A DNA stretch of 64,000 nt, taken from Vicugna vicugna (lineage: Eukaryota). Shown piece after piece: positions 26,606 through 40,610 of the stretch (position 1 is the first letter of the stretch; each line of letters begins with the position of its first letter). The stretch is taken from the NCBI GenBank assembly GCA_013265495.1, contig MU058221.1:2790001-2854000 (forward strand), given 5' to 3'. The position numbers and the translations under genes are program-made. Under the pieces are notes generated by a model, which did no database searches, had not been told where the DNA came from, and worked only from the letters and a program-made list of their open reading frames with translations.

Positions 26606-29600
26606 GATTGTGGTTTGCTGAGATGATATTTGGAAATTTCTATAGTCCCTCTATTAAAAAGAAAAGAATCAGTATTTTGTGATGGGGTCAAACAGTCGCT
26701 GAAACAAGCATTGTACCTAGATGTGTAGACTTGTACTTTAAGCAGCCCTGTTTGGGAAAGAGTCATTTTTTTTAATACATCTGATTCTGTCTATTGTCAA
26801 TTTTTGATTATCTCCACTGATCAAAGTATAGTAGTCATGGAAAAAACACTTAAGTTGCTAGTTGTTTCAGTTTGGGTTTGGAATGCATTTCTGTGCTTTA
26901 TTTAAGCAAAAGGGTTTGTGTTCAGAGGATTCACAGCAGTTCTGAAGAATTTTATACAAACCTTCCAGAGGGTAAGCCACTGAGTATTTAGGCAGACAGG
27001 ACTTTGTCTGATCTGGGGAGAGTAGGAGAATCTAGAACCAAGGAAGCGAAGATTAAAACAAACTTCAGATTATGAATCTGAATGGTGAGATGGTGGAGAT
27101 GCTCTGTAACAATAGAAAAATTAAACAAGTATTTATCATTTGCAGAAAGGTGGTAGTTCTTTGCACATAATTTGCTAGTATGTCAGGGTGCTGCATAATT
27201 CAAACTTTCTCCCCAAATTCTATCCCCTAATCTGTTATGATAGCAAAACAATGACCACTTAAATTCCAATTTGTGCATTAAATCTTCTTTAGTTACTTCC
27301 GTATCAGTGTGCATGGTCATTGATTTTTTGCACAACTCAAATTATGCAAACTTTCAGAGAAAACTAATCCTTAAGTGTTGTTTTTTCAGTGCAGATTCAT
27401 TCTCCCAGTGTTATAAAAGTGACATTTAACAAACTCAAGGCATTATTTTTGGAAGAAATTGGAAATAAGAATTTGTATAAGAAAAGTAGAAAATCTCCTT
27501 GGGTGTCAGGCATCCTAGGAAGCTTTGTGTCTGTCACTCCACGCCTTTAGAGCTGCCTCCCTGAATTCAGATAACCTTGTGCAAAGGAGGATGGTGTACC
27601 TCTCTGCTATATGCAGGGACCCTTCAGTTACATACTCCAAGATACTGATTCGAAACTTATCAATATATTCAATTCCGTTCATTGAAAAAAATCAGTTATT
27701 CACTGACGAAATTAAACCAGTTGGCTGTCTTGCTGAACTGTTTCATGCGTAGAAAAAGACTACATTCTAATGCTCTCATTCTAAAATACGGAACCAGACT
27801 CTATATTGTGGCAACCCCGGGATGTGAACCACGCCGATAACTCTTTTTACCTTCGCTGCAGACATGGATTGACCTAACTTGGACCTCCTCAGTGGATTAA
27901 TTTGACTGCATGCCCTGAACTTGTGAGCTGGGGTGTTCCTATTTTAGTCTGAGGGCATTGCTGCTTGTAGGAGGAGAAGGAGTTCGTGGCTTTAAGGAGA
28001 GAGCGTCTGCGTCAGAAATGTCAGTGCCATTTACCTGTCATTTAAGCTTTCATTCCTTCGGGCTTTAGAAGTTTTGAAAATTTTGAAAGCCTCTAATTAA
28101 AAGAAGGAAGGCAAATGCTTCATACCTTTATTAATAATGATTGCCTTAGATTTTTAGTTAATATTTGGAGGATTATTTGGCATCAAATGAATAGTAATAT
28201 TTTGTGAAAACTTGGAAATTAGACACATGGGAGGTGGGATGTACATAGATGAGGAACAGTGATTTGCATATATTTTTTGATATCTGTGAAACACAGGCAA
28301 ACCTGTCGGAGGTGTACTGGTTTATACCATTTTCCCATGAGACATGTTCCAGTTTTGACATACTGTCTGTATGTGATAATTGTCTGAGTTCATTCTAGAA
28401 TGTTCCTTATCAATATGTTTCAATAATTAATGTCTATAGCTTGTCTTAGGAGCTGCCTCCCCCCCATTTTTAACTAGTTTTGCATGTGTGAGAGCAACCC
28501 GACTCTGCCTGTTCCCTTCAGTTGAACCAAGGAATTATGGGAAACTGAAGCGTTGGGTGGATACACTTACTTAAAACCAGTATCTGTAATTCAGTTCCTC
28601 CCTTTTGATTTTCGATTCATTAGCTCTGGTCAAGAAATACATTATTTAGAATGGGTTACCTCAATCTATGACGATGTTTTTGCTTGTTCTTCCTTGGACA
28701 TGCCTCACGAGGAGTTAAAATGTGAACAAGTTGATCTAAAAATATAAATAAGTAAAAAAAGGAGAGTGAATATTGAAACCAAGTACTAAGTACTATGTGA
28801 GGATTTCATTATTGATTTTGCACAAATGTCCATTACCTCCAATGACTCAAAGTAGCGGAAATAAAGAGACCCCCCCCCAGTCAAACTGAGATGGCATTTT
28901 TTTGGTGGTGTTCAATACTGCATTTGATAACATTTTGATTACAGTGTTTTTCTAGGAAAAGATTAGTGTTTCCATAAGCGGTTCCTAATTTCTAACAACA
29001 AACTAACAATCAGAGCTTCAAAGACTTGTATTTGTTGCTCATTCTCATAAGAATTTTAATACATTGAATTCAACATTTTTATTGCTTGCCAACTGTTACG
29101 TAAAAGGCACAGTGCTACGTGTTGGTTGGGTGAGAGCATTCAAAGTTCCGTATCTCTAATAGCATATAATTTTCATGAAAAGGATTAACTTTTCTGTCCG
29201 TTGTGCTTTGTTTTTAATAGATGGTGTAGTCTACTTTTTCCCCCACTTTTAGCTTCTCATCTTACTGTTTAGCATCCCTAGCTAGAAGAGCAGGGTGTCT
29301 GTTGAGCTATCTCTGTGTATTCACTGTTTTTTCTTGGTTTACTATCTTCTAGAAATAAAACTGTGTTTAACTTACCATCGTCTACATTCTGTCCCTACAG
29401 ATTAGTTTGTCAAATGTTTTCTCCAGCTTAATTTAAATGATTTATAAAATACGGCTTTGATCATAGCCCTTTAAAGAGAAAAATGTGCCATGTTGTGGCC
29501 CATGTGTCTTACAAATGGGGAGGACTTCTGGATGGGCAACGTGGAGGTTTTTTAGTTCAGATTTCTTTTACTGCTTCAGAACACATTGTCTTACTCAATC

Positions 29601-29859
29601 TCAAACAGTCATTTTCCTTCTGGACAATAAATATATTTCAAATATTTCATCCTACCCTATTTTCTTGAAAGCATGCTTTCTTAATTCAGACTTTAATCTT
29701 TTCTTTCATTATCAATACTTTATCTTATTTTATTGCTTTTCTCTGAATATCTTCATCTGTAGAGATGCCTTGCTGATAAAGAACTTGAGTAGAAGTTTGT
29801 CTAGGTGGTCTATCCAGTCTGCACAGTCTGCCTCCTGACCTCTTCTATCTGCTTCCTTC

Positions 29860-30620
29860 TGCAAATCTATTTTGCACCTGAGAGAATATCCTGGAGGAGT
29901 TCCAGTCAGCATCATCTTCTAAGAACCACGGGCTCTTCTAAGCCCGAGGCTCTGTACGTGAGACACCATCGTAAGACAAACTCAGAACATGATCTCTTTG
30001 TCTAGGGACTCCCAATTCAAACCTGTCACTATCAAAGTCAATCGTATTCTCTCTTGTCGAGATATTTCTCTTTAATAATAACACTTGGTCACATTGCATG
30101 CCAACGGCCTGATCATGTCTTTCATGATAAATTACTTGGTAAATACATCTGTGGACTCTTCTTTTGGGCGGTACAAATTGTTCCTCCTGACTTTTCTCAA
30201 TCTTTGCACTAGGAAGTTAAATAAAACCTTTTTTTTTCTTTCCCAACACACAAACAAAAAATTGAAACAAACCTTCCATCTCTCTGGTCAGAATAAAATG
30301 ATCACCGTGACTTCAGTCCTGAGGTCTCTTGAATGAAATCTTGCAATCACTTCATGTCTTGTCTTGAAGGGCTAACTCATCCATTTCTGTGATGTCACAG
30401 GAAGTCTGCATCAAGTCCATAATTGCAGTAAAACAGTTGTTTTCATAAACAGTGTCAAGAGGCTAGATCGTTAAGAAGAGTTGAAAATGATCTGATCCTG
30501 GCATTACTGCATTCTATCTCAAAGAAAACTTTGTTATTTTAACTAATATAACTAAAGACATTACTGCAATCAGTCTAAATTCAGCACAGTTCACCATTTT
30601 GCATCCATTTGATGCAGCCT
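29860..30620 (-). mobile_element. Ancient R4/Dong-clade LINE fossil (Mam_R4-like)
   Basis: Minus-strand motifs in the expected order: EFRL (EFGLDKC-like), DHFILTREMEGL (LYLPRxxGGRGL-like), NLYRPKEESTD (zinc-knuckle relic), YHERHDQ, *KMMLTGT (LQKAVLLGT-like). Confidence 0.5.
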
Positions 30621-32820
30621 AGTTTTGCATTGGGTTCCTGAAGTCACGCTCCATTTCCAGACAAGCAATAGATACGTAATTAGAAATGCCAACTTATTAT
30701 AATCTAAGCCCAGTTTGTTTTATTTCAATATTTTAAAAAGTGTTTAACTCCAGTTTTTTCCCTAATATCTTAATGTTGGCAGAAGTGTACCTTCTTTGTT
30801 GGATAGTTAAAAAAAAATCTTAAGGTATTTATTGGAAGAATGGACAACTGAATCATTAATCTTAGAGTAATGACCTTTACATTTTGAATGAAAGGTGAGA
30901 TGACACAAAGAAGTTGCTACTATTTAATAATCATCTTTGAAGCTGAGGAACAAAGGTAAAAGAATGACACATTCCCATCAGTGGGAAAAAGCAGGAGATG
31001 GCTGATTTCTAAAACCAAACAGGATTGTTCTAATGCTGTACAACCAAAGAACGCAAAGATAAGCCAACTAGTCAATGATCCAATATGTAAAAACTGGAAG
31101 CAAATAGCTTCATAGGGCCATTAATTGTGAATTTCACACGATAAAAGCTGTTAAATACAGAACTTGAACTTAGAATTACTGAAAACAGAAGTAGCATATT
31201 GCAGCAAGGAAGACACAGGCAGAGAATCACTGGTTCTTCATACAAGTGCTAAAATGCTTGAATATGGGAAAACTTCAGTTTCATTCTATTTTCTCATATG
31301 CCAGTTTTTTCCCTTTTTAAAAATTGTCTTTAATTCTTTAAATTTTTTAAATGCCTTTAGCATTCATTTTGACGTAAAAGATGGGAGTGATGTTGCCAAA
31401 TCCATAATCGGTTTGAATTCAGTAGTTTACAGGTTGCAAAACGCTCCCTAATCTACTAATTTTGCTTAGTCTAAAACTGTGATTATTTAATGCCCGTAGG
31501 CATTTAGGGAGCTAAGAATGACAGGACTAGAAATGGAACTACATTGGCTTAAAATACCAGGAAAAAAATTCCAAATCAGGAATTTTGTTTATCCGTCTAC
31601 AGAAACAGGCTCTGGGCTGTACCCACTGATGATGCTGTGAATTGCAAGCTATTATTCTGAGTGTTTACTGAAATATTTTCTGTGGAAATAGATTCACTTT
31701 TCATATATTCCACTGGGAAGATAAATAGCCAGCTTCCATGTGGATGGTTTCAAGACTTGCTTGCTCTGGTTTTTTTTTTTTTTTTTTTGGTCTTAATACT
31801 CACTTGACAACTTTGAGTAGCTCTGTTTTTAAATTTCTAAGTCTACATTTGAAAAGAAAAAAAAAAAACCTTAGTGCCCTCCACATTCCCATCTTGCCTG
31901 ATTTAAAAAAAAATTAAATTACAAAAATGGACTCAGGTGTTACACAAATCTGTAACTATATGACTCTTAGCAGAACTGCATGTGACAAAAATGGTCACCG
32001 AGCATCACTGGGTCACTTAAACTTGACCTCTGAAAGTGGCAGTGCAGAGATGGTAGAAATACTGCCATTTGATTTTCCTGCAGGTTTGCAGGTCAGCTCG
32101 AGTTACCCCTTTTAGAAGTGTGTTACGCTCGGCACACACAGACGAACGTAGTCAAGGTTGGCAGTAACATGCTAGGTCAGAGGTAACAGCTGAAGACGTG
32201 GAAGTTCCCAAGGTCACTGGTTGCTGGCTTATCTTTTAAATCGTGCCTGTCACCCTGCCCGCCCTTGAGGGTACAAAGGAGGAGTAAGAAAGAGCTGCCG
32301 TTCTAGCAGCAGTGAGTGTCCTGAGCCCTCAGTGAACCCGGGGCGGGGGGTAAGTACCCCTTTAGCTCCGTGTCCTGGCTGGGCGTGCAGAGGCCGAGAG
32401 CTTGACGAAGGTCACACCGCAGGGCAATGGAACCTGCGAGAAAGACATCAGCCGTGCCCCCTGTACCGTTCCAGGCGTTAAGAGCTTCAGCCTTGCTTTC
32501 CCTCTTGGTGATCTTCAGTGCTTTAAGCAGGGGGTTCACCCCCTTTGAGCCCCACGACGCCTGTCCCATACAGCCCCTGACCAAGCGCGCTGCTGCTGCT
32601 TCGACCCCCTTCTCCCAGATGGTCCTTGATCCGATCCAGGGAGCCAGTGAGGAGTCCGAATGGCGGGGCCGCTTAGCATCGCGGAGGCCTGCCCGTGTCT
32701 CTTCCACACCTGATGCCTTCACAGGCCTCCTCTCCCGAACCCCTTCCCAATAGGGTGTGTTTTTTTTTTTTCTCTTGCTCGCTCTCTCACTCTCTCTTTT
32801 CTGTATCTCTCGGAAATCAG

Positions 32821-32964
32821 ACAGGAGTTCAGAGCTCTTTCACTACCTTTTATGAGGTAGATTGTGATGTCATAGATGGGGGCAGGGCTAGCCAACTTTC
32901 CACCCACCTCCCAGCCTGTGCAGAGGGAGCTCCGATCGGGAGTGGAAGCAGTGATTCCTCCATG
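32821..32964 (+). CDS. CTNNA2: CTNNA2 alternative cassette exon (144 nt, the 48-aa insert of the long alpha-N-catenin isoform)
   Basis: Long pyrimidine tract, then cag|ACA GGA...TCC ATG|gtgagt. Translates TGVQSSFTTFYEVDCDVIDGGRASQLSTHLPACAEGAPIGSGSSDSSM. Phase 0/0, so it can be skipped in frame. Confidence 0.93.
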
Positions 32965-35900
32965 GTGAGTAATTTTGCTTTCTAATCTAACCTGTCTCAT
33001 TGTAAACATTCATTGTGAAAGCAGCGGAGGGAGGGGGTTTCAAGGGAGTAAGGATGTGACCACTGAAGCCCTCTTTACTCAGGGGGAGCCCACTCTGGGC
33101 AAAGGGTCTACTTACGTATTCTTTACCTAAGTCAAGAATTCCACAACGCAGATAACGTTCTTCAAGCATGATCTAAACTTGAGAAGTTGAAAACGCTATT
33201 TGCATTCCTTCACTTCTCGGTTTTTCTCCCCATTGGGACTGAAAGTCATTGCATATGTGGAATGAATCCATTCGGTAGTCTCTGAGTGAGCATCTCCAAG
33301 GAAGGCCAGTTAGGAGAATGCATTCTTCCTTTGAAGGATTTCAGGATCACAGAATATCCCTTACTGATGTTTGCCCAGAGAATCAGTCTGTTCTGAAACT
33401 GTGGAGTAAAACTGAAGAAACTGATACGTAAGAATTATCAACAAACGTGGGTTTGATGTCAACAAATGAAAACGTTCTAATGCAAAGCTAAATTATTTGT
33501 TTGAAAAAGAAGAGTCACCACTCTTGCAAGATTAAGGGTCTGGCCATTTCAATGTGTCACAACCGAGTCTGCTACGTTTTTGTTGCATGTCATGACACTG
33601 GTGCTGTTTTGTAGGAGTTCTTGGTAGTTAAGAGCTGTGAAAAGCTGCTGTTCTTTGTTTCATTTGGGTTTCTGTTTCTGCTGATTAATTCTTTTAAATG
33701 CCTTAGTGTTTAGAAAGCCAAGATCAACTGGAGTGAGCATGTCTCTCCACCTTCCTTGTTCTCTCCTGGGTACCTATTAAAGCTGCCAAGATGTCAGCTT
33801 TTATATGAAAGGGCAAAGGAAGTTCGTGGAGATAGTTAAGTGTCTGAGGGATGTCAAAGCATCAGGGTGGGTGTTTTTAAAAAGATCTGACCATCAGAAT
33901 GTGAGGCCCTGTTACGTTTCATGGGGTGGGATAAAAAGCATTCTGGTTTGAATCATAGTTACTATGAGATACGTTAAGCAGGTATCACTCATTTATTCAA
34001 ATCCCTGTGTGACTAACTATGTGCCGATCTTGGTGTTGGGGAATTGGGGCGGTTGGGAGCAGGAGTCCTTTGTCATCAACGTGTAGCTGCTCTTACCCCA
34101 TCGCCTGCAGCAAGTTGCGCACTTTGATGGCTCAAAAGCACAGATACGTCGTTTTTCATTATCTGGGGTGGCACAGTGTGATGACTGCCAAAGTATTCTC
34201 CCACCTAAACTTTCTAACCTAAAGAAGGAACTGTCATGGTAGAAACTTCAGGCACAGTAAGGGGAAACAGAGGCAGAAGTGGCCCCTAGGAAGGCATAGG
34301 TAATAATCACCTGCAGTCAACTTCATACTGCCATGTGGGAAGCACCGCCAAAGTCTCATAGGTTGGGTGGTCCCTTTCAAGTCTCTGGCCTGCCTTCCGT
34401 TGAAAAGTGCTAGACTCCGGAACTCCGGTAGAAGGAAAGCTTCAGTGCCAGGAAAATCTGATGTCTGACCGTAGCTCAAGTTTTTATGTCTTTTATCAAC
34501 CCCTCATACAGCTGCCAGGTAAGCAATGCTCATACTTTACAAACCCTTGGAATACAATCACCTTTAAACTTCGTGAGTTAAGGATGGTTGTGTTGTGCGC
34601 TTTGAGCCAATTTCAGAGGCTCGGTTGTGGAATGCCTTGTGCATGCACTTGTCGACCCTCGTGTGCACGTGCTCATTTACAGTGCTGCTCAGTGTGTCTG
34701 CATCCATTTTTGTATGTATTTAAATTATAATTTAAAAATACATACATACAGAGTGCTCTAAACAAAATGGTGAAATGTGGCAGAAGTTGCATTACTCCGG
34801 GGTCCGAACACTGGGGTTCTCGTCCTGTTTCTGTCGGTCACTAATTAGGGAACTCGAAGCAAATTACTCAGATCTCGTGGACCTCAGTTTTCTCATCTCT
34901 AAAGTGATGATCGATGATTTAAAGGAAGTAGCCTCAAGTAACCTGGCTCTAAAATTCTACTGTTTTATAATATATTTTTGGGTAACTGGCTTATGAGAAA
35001 AAGATTGTACAGTTGGTGAGACCTAGTTTTTGTATGAGACATACAGTTATTCAAACCAGAAAAAGAATTTCAGTCCAAACTAGATTTCAAAGTGTACCCC
35101 ATATCTGATGTGGTGCTGTTTGGTTCATGACAGAAGTGGGCCCTATTTTAAATGGACAGTGTCAACTCCTTGATAATTAGCTCTGTGTTGATTTGGAAGA
35201 CTGATTGGTTTTTTAACTCCATAATTTTGTGTTATTCTGATTACCCTTATCCACTAGGTAAGGGAGCTGGTCCCCCTGGGAGTCTACAATTAAAGTTACT
35301 TACGCAGAACTGCAGGAGTTGCCTCGTGGTGTCGGGAGGGGTCGATGGGTAGGGAATTGGTGGGTACTGAGCGACCTACTGTGAGGGATGAAAGACACGC
35401 AACCCCTGGCTCCTAATCTCGGGGAACGTGCAACCTTTCTGGGAGCCTAGACACATGCCAAGTGTCAACTTAGAGGTGAAGACAGTAAGTGTCAAATGAC
35501 TAAGAAACATCCCTGTGGTCTGGGGGGAGGCTGGGTTGCACTGGGAAGGCTTTGTGAGAAGCTGAGGCCTTCGGCCCCCAGGAACAGAGCGGTTTCGGCC
35601 TGTGTCCTTGTGCTTGACGAGCGCAGGGAGGGGTTTCAGATCAGCAAGCCCGCAGAATTGTCAGTGTTGCGGGGGCGTCCTGTGTTTAGATACGCCATGT
35701 CTCAAGACCCAGAGTCTTCGTGCGGCGTCCAGCCCCTTACTTCTCCTGAGCTCCCTTCCCCTTATTTACAGGCTGACTTTACAACACAGGAAGAAGAGGC
35801 TGCAGTGCGTGACTGGCAGTGATTACCTCCTAAAATATCATCAAGCAGTTGCTTTCTCAGTTACGCAGAAGGTCGCACGATCGCTCACAGCCGCACTGTG

Positions 35901-36771
35901 GGAAAGAGATAGAGAACAGGGCGGAAGCAGGGACGGAAGGGGACTCTAGCTCTGGGACAGTCCGGTCTTCTGACAGAGGTGGAGAGGGACTGTCAGTGAC
36001 ACGTGTAGAAATGTCGGGTGGTCACGGAAATGCCCGTCAGCTAACGAGCGTCCACGGAGCCAGGGGCATCTTCTGAAGCAGTCGGAAGTTGCTGTGTCCA
36101 CTGGACAGGAGTCGCGCCAGACTCTGCTCTCAAACAGCCACCGATGACGCAAGTCTCTTTCCCTGACACGCTTGAAAGAGGTGATTGGTCTGGGAGGGAT
36201 TTGCCCACTTTGACAAAGAAGCGCACTTAGGTCTGAAGGCCCCTCTGTTGCTGTCGATTCGTGGATGGTTTTCAGGATGTACTTATAGCATCACTTCGAG
36301 GGCGCCGGTTTTGTATTTCCTGTCATCCGAGTTACTACTTTGGCCTTCCTCGCAGGCAGCAATTCCGCGAGTAGAACTCCTTTATTACCTGTCCCAGATT
36401 CTAAGGACTTGGTTGACATCACCCAGTGAAATGTTTCTTAATTTTCTGTCATGACATAAAAATGACTTTCTGGAATATATTACCCCCAGAAAGCACTTTC
36501 AAAAGCTAAGCTTGTCTGCAGGGGAAGAACGAAGTGGTACCATCAGTCAGTTTTACAAAGCAGAGAATGTTCTCTTAGAACTAATTTGCCCCCAAAAAGT
36601 TCAAGTAAGACTTCACATAGAATTTTGTGGCACAATCTAGACTATTAAAGGAATTTAAAGATATTAGAATTAGGTCTGTCTCAAGAGAACAATAAAGGTG
36701 ACAGCTCTTTCTCACCTCCCCCCCAGATGTCCCTCGGGGCAACTTTAGACATAAAGGTTCAGCTAGGTTTA

Positions 36772-37170
36772 TAATTCCACAAACATTTATTGAGTGACTA
36801 ACGTGATATTCACTGTCCTATGAATGGACATGGAAGTAGCATGGAAAAGAGACACATGATCACTAGCTGTGATAGATTATAATAATCACTCTTAACAGAG
36901 ATATGTACGAAGGGATATGAGCATTCCTGTGGAGAAAAGGAAGAGGAATCTTTATAAATGGGATAATACTTTTTGAGTCTTCATACGTAAGTGGATAGGA
37001 GTTTTCCAGGCAAAGGAGGAGAGAGAAGGGATTGGCCCAGGAGAGAAACAGTGTCCATAATACTGAGCTATAGATGTATTCAGTGCTGACCGGATCTGAG
37101 GATGTCAGAGACAGCTGGAAAGATGAGAAAAGTGAAAGGTGAAGTTAGGAAGGTAGGTGGGCACTGAATA
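36772..37170 (-). mobile_element. L2 LINE fragment
   Basis: attccacaaacatttattgagtgactaacgtg is the reverse complement of the L2 3' end, followed by a purine-rich L2-like body. Confidence 0.55.
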
Positions 37171-38929
37171 TCCAAGAAACGTTTCCGATCTATTCTCATT
37201 TTAATGTGTCCCTCAAAATGGTCAGAGGATCATGCACATGCCAAATGCAGAAAGAGGTAGGAGGCGACTGTTAAAACGCAGGCCCCCGGGCCAGCCTGCA
37301 GGCCTCCCGAAGCAGGAGTGTTGCGAGAATGTAGGGCTTGCAGTCTGTAATTAACTACTGCGCCCCGCCCTCAGCACCTGCCAGGTGATTCATTTTCACA
37401 CCAGAGTTTCAGAATCTCTACAAGGCAACAAAACTGACTCATTGTTTCTATGTTCTTGGAAGAAGATTCAGAAAGAGAAAAAAAAAAAGAAAGAAAAGTT
37501 TAAATGTTAAGGAAAAAAGATTGGGGAAAAGAGGATAAAAGTAATGTAAGAATATTCTTGAGAAAATTGGTTTAGTATTCGGTTAACTATAAAAAGTAAC
37601 TTTCTAAGAATGGTGCTTATTAAGTATGAGGAAGTAGTAAGGGAGGCTATTAACTATCCTTCATAAAATAAGAAAAGGCACGGGACCACATATTTAAGGG
37701 ACCATCTTGTATCTTTCCTCGTCATGCTCCAGTACAAGCAGTTAATCAGCTCAGAGCGAAGTTGTTCTGTAGCTCCCAACGTGTGCCCAGATAAGGAATG
37801 GAGGCAACAGAGCAGAGCAATATTTGTTTCTGCTTGGTCTTCTTTGGTAGAGCTCTTTGGCTATTTTTTAATTTTAATTAGGTGAGCTTCACTGAAAAAA
37901 AAGACATTAGCATTCCCATCACGACTAGAAAAATCAAGCTCTTATGCCAATGTCGGGCTACCACCTTTATTGGAAAATGTTCATTACATAACCATAGACT
38001 GGAATCAGCGATCATTTAGAAGGGGGTTTTTTTTCCTCTATTTTTTCTTCATGGACAACAGCTATAATCTTCTACCCATTGGTCTGTGTAGAGAGTTGTG
38101 CAAGTGTTCAGAGAAGAGAGAGGCACTAGAGAGGCATTTTCCGTTTGACTAAGACATATGAGAATGAACCTTGGTCTTGAAGAAGGTGGCCCTCAGGTCA
38201 CGGAAGGGGGGATCAGTTCTGGATTTAATCCACTAAATGCCCTGCATACGGTTCTCCTGTTGCATATTGCGAGAGCCTTGTATGTTTTCAGCTGAGAATT
38301 TCTTGGCTTAGAAGTCAAGCAGTGATAGGGGACCTGGCTCCTGCATGTTCATCTCTGTGCAAGTAACAGCAAAGCCGCTTTGGCAGAGATGGTGACACTG
38401 TCACAACCTAGAGCAGTTGACTGGTGGGATGCCAGTGCCTGCCATTAATTGAGCACATTAATTTCAGCATGTTGATCTAAAAATGAATTTTTTTTTAATT
38501 CTTACAGACTTTTTTTTTTTTAAACCAATGACGTGTAGCTCTGTCATTGTGCCTTCACGACCCCAGCCCAGGCAAACATAACCTTGGTTGGTTCTTAGAA
38601 ATGTACCAGGCAAAATTATTCAGCTTAAGGCCGAGCATTTTATCTGAATAAAAGCCAAGCAGAGATCAGTAACAACCACATGGCTTTTTTAATGTCAGAG
38701 ATCTGAAAAATAAGGTAGAGGGTATCATGTCCTCTTAAAGGTAGATGCTAAAATTATATAAGCGAGGTGTTGCTGTTAGATGTGAATTTGGACACCAACT
38801 CTGTCTCTTATAATCTGGGTGATCTTGGCTTACACTTTTAATCTCTAAGCTTTTACTTTTAATTTATAAATTGGAATAGTAATTAGAGGGTCAACAGGAC
38901 AACTGGATGCAGTAAATGACAATTACTAC

Positions 38930-39135
38930 TATACTCGTTAAGGTGCACTGGGGGCTCGGGATGGTCCAGGCACTGTGCTAAGCATTTTAAATGCACTTTG
39001 CAATCAGTTTTCAGACTCATCCTATGGAGGAGATACTGTCGTCTTCATGAAAAATATTATTAAAGTGAGGTTCAGAGAATTTAAATAACTTCCTGAAGGT
39101 CACGAAGTTAGTGGCTGGTATGCTGTGGTGTTTCC
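38930..39135 (-). mobile_element. MIR SINE
   Basis: ccaggcactgtgctaagcattttaaatgcac...aaagtgaggttcagagaatttaaataacttcctgaaggtcac. Confidence 0.65.
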
Positions 39136-40154
39136 AGGAAGCCCCCCTTGATACCCTCACATAGCATGGTGTTCGCTCTGTCATTCCTGGTATGACACTG
39201 CCAGGTAGGAAGTTATTTAATGATATTTCTCCCAGCTGGTCTGGGAGTTCCATAAGGACAGAGAATGTATCTGAATGTTCTTAATTTCTTCCCCTGGTTC
39301 CTTGTACAATGAGCATGTAATGTGTGCTTTATATAAAATGTTCACTTCTTTGTCATTCCTAGTTCCATGGTAGTAAGTAATCACATTGAAAAAATCCCAG
39401 TAAGAGGTTCTGTAAGCTATCATTCATTCATTCTAGCATTCATTTATTCCTCCATGAAAGCACTTCACTTTAAGTCCTAGATTTCAAAGTGCATTGTTTA
39501 CTTAAGGTTTGGGGCCCAAAATCAAGTAATTAATTTTTTTAAGCTAATTGAATTTCTTTGTAATTTATTTTGTTAAATTTTTCTGCTACATTAAGTAGAC
39601 TTTTTTTTTTTAAGATTGTGGTATGGAAATATGTAGAGTTTCTTCCAAAAGAGCTGAATGAATCAAATCATTTATTTTAAAAAAGAAATTTGAAGTAAGG
39701 GCCAAAGTGACATGTTGGCTTCATGGACACCCTCCCATATGAAGGTTATGATATATTAAAATGCTAATTATATTTACATGTGAAATATTACTTTCTAATT
39801 AAGTCTCCTAAATTATTAATGTCCAGTAATAGTATTTACAATTCATGTGTTTTGATTAAATTTAGATTTGGCTACATATGCTAAAACATCCAAAAAGAGT
39901 TATTTCTGTCTCACAGAGAAAAAGTCTGCAGGTGGCTCAGGGCTGGTGTAGTGAACTCAGAGTGACCGAGCACCCAGACTCCATCCGACTTCACGGTCTT
40001 GGTCTGAGGCTTCTGTTCTCAAGTTCGTCTCCTGGTCCAAGTGGACTGCCAGTGCTCCATCTTTCCATCTTCTGTACAAGAGGGAGAAGAGATGCCAGAG
40101 GGCAGAGTGTGTGTTTCCTAGCTGTGTCAGCACCCTTTAAGGAGACTTCCCAGG

Positions 40155-40278
40155 GAGGGGAGGCCATAGCTAAGTGGTAGAGCGCCTGCTCAGCACGCAT
40201 GAGGTCCTGGGTTCAGTCCCCAGTCCCTCCATTAATAAATAAATAAACCTAATTACCTCTCCCTACAAAAACAAAAAA
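40155..40278 (+). mobile_element. tRNA-Ala-like SINE (Vic-1-like)
   Basis: ccatagctaagtggtagagcgcctgctcagcacgcatgaggtcctgggttcagtcccc plus tail aataaataaacctaattacctctccc. TSD ttcccagg at 40147-40154 and 40279-40286. Confidence 0.85.
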
Positions 40279-40364
40279 TTCCCAGGAACGTCTGTACCCC
40301 TCCTCCAGCAATGACTACTTATATCATATCAGGAATCTGAAAAAAACAGGAGTAATTAGTCCTG

Positions 40365-40610
40365 GAGTGGCACTTCACACTCGCGATACCCTAAGTGGAA
40401 CCCAGATTGAATTCTGACCTCCATTAGTTGCTATGCAACCATTAAAAAAAAAAGTTGCCTAACCCGACTGAGCCTCATTTTTCTCAAGTGTAGATATGAG
40501 TACCTACTCCGTTGTACTGCTTCGAGGACTGAACACATTAATGTGTGCCCCAGGCTTAGCAGAACGTTCAGGATGTAGAAGTACCGAATAAGTGGGACTA
40601 CATCTTTCAT
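40365..40610 (+). mobile_element. MIR SINE
   Basis: ttgaattctgacctccattagttgctatgcaacc...ctgagcctcatttttctcaagtgtagatatgag. Confidence 0.55.
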
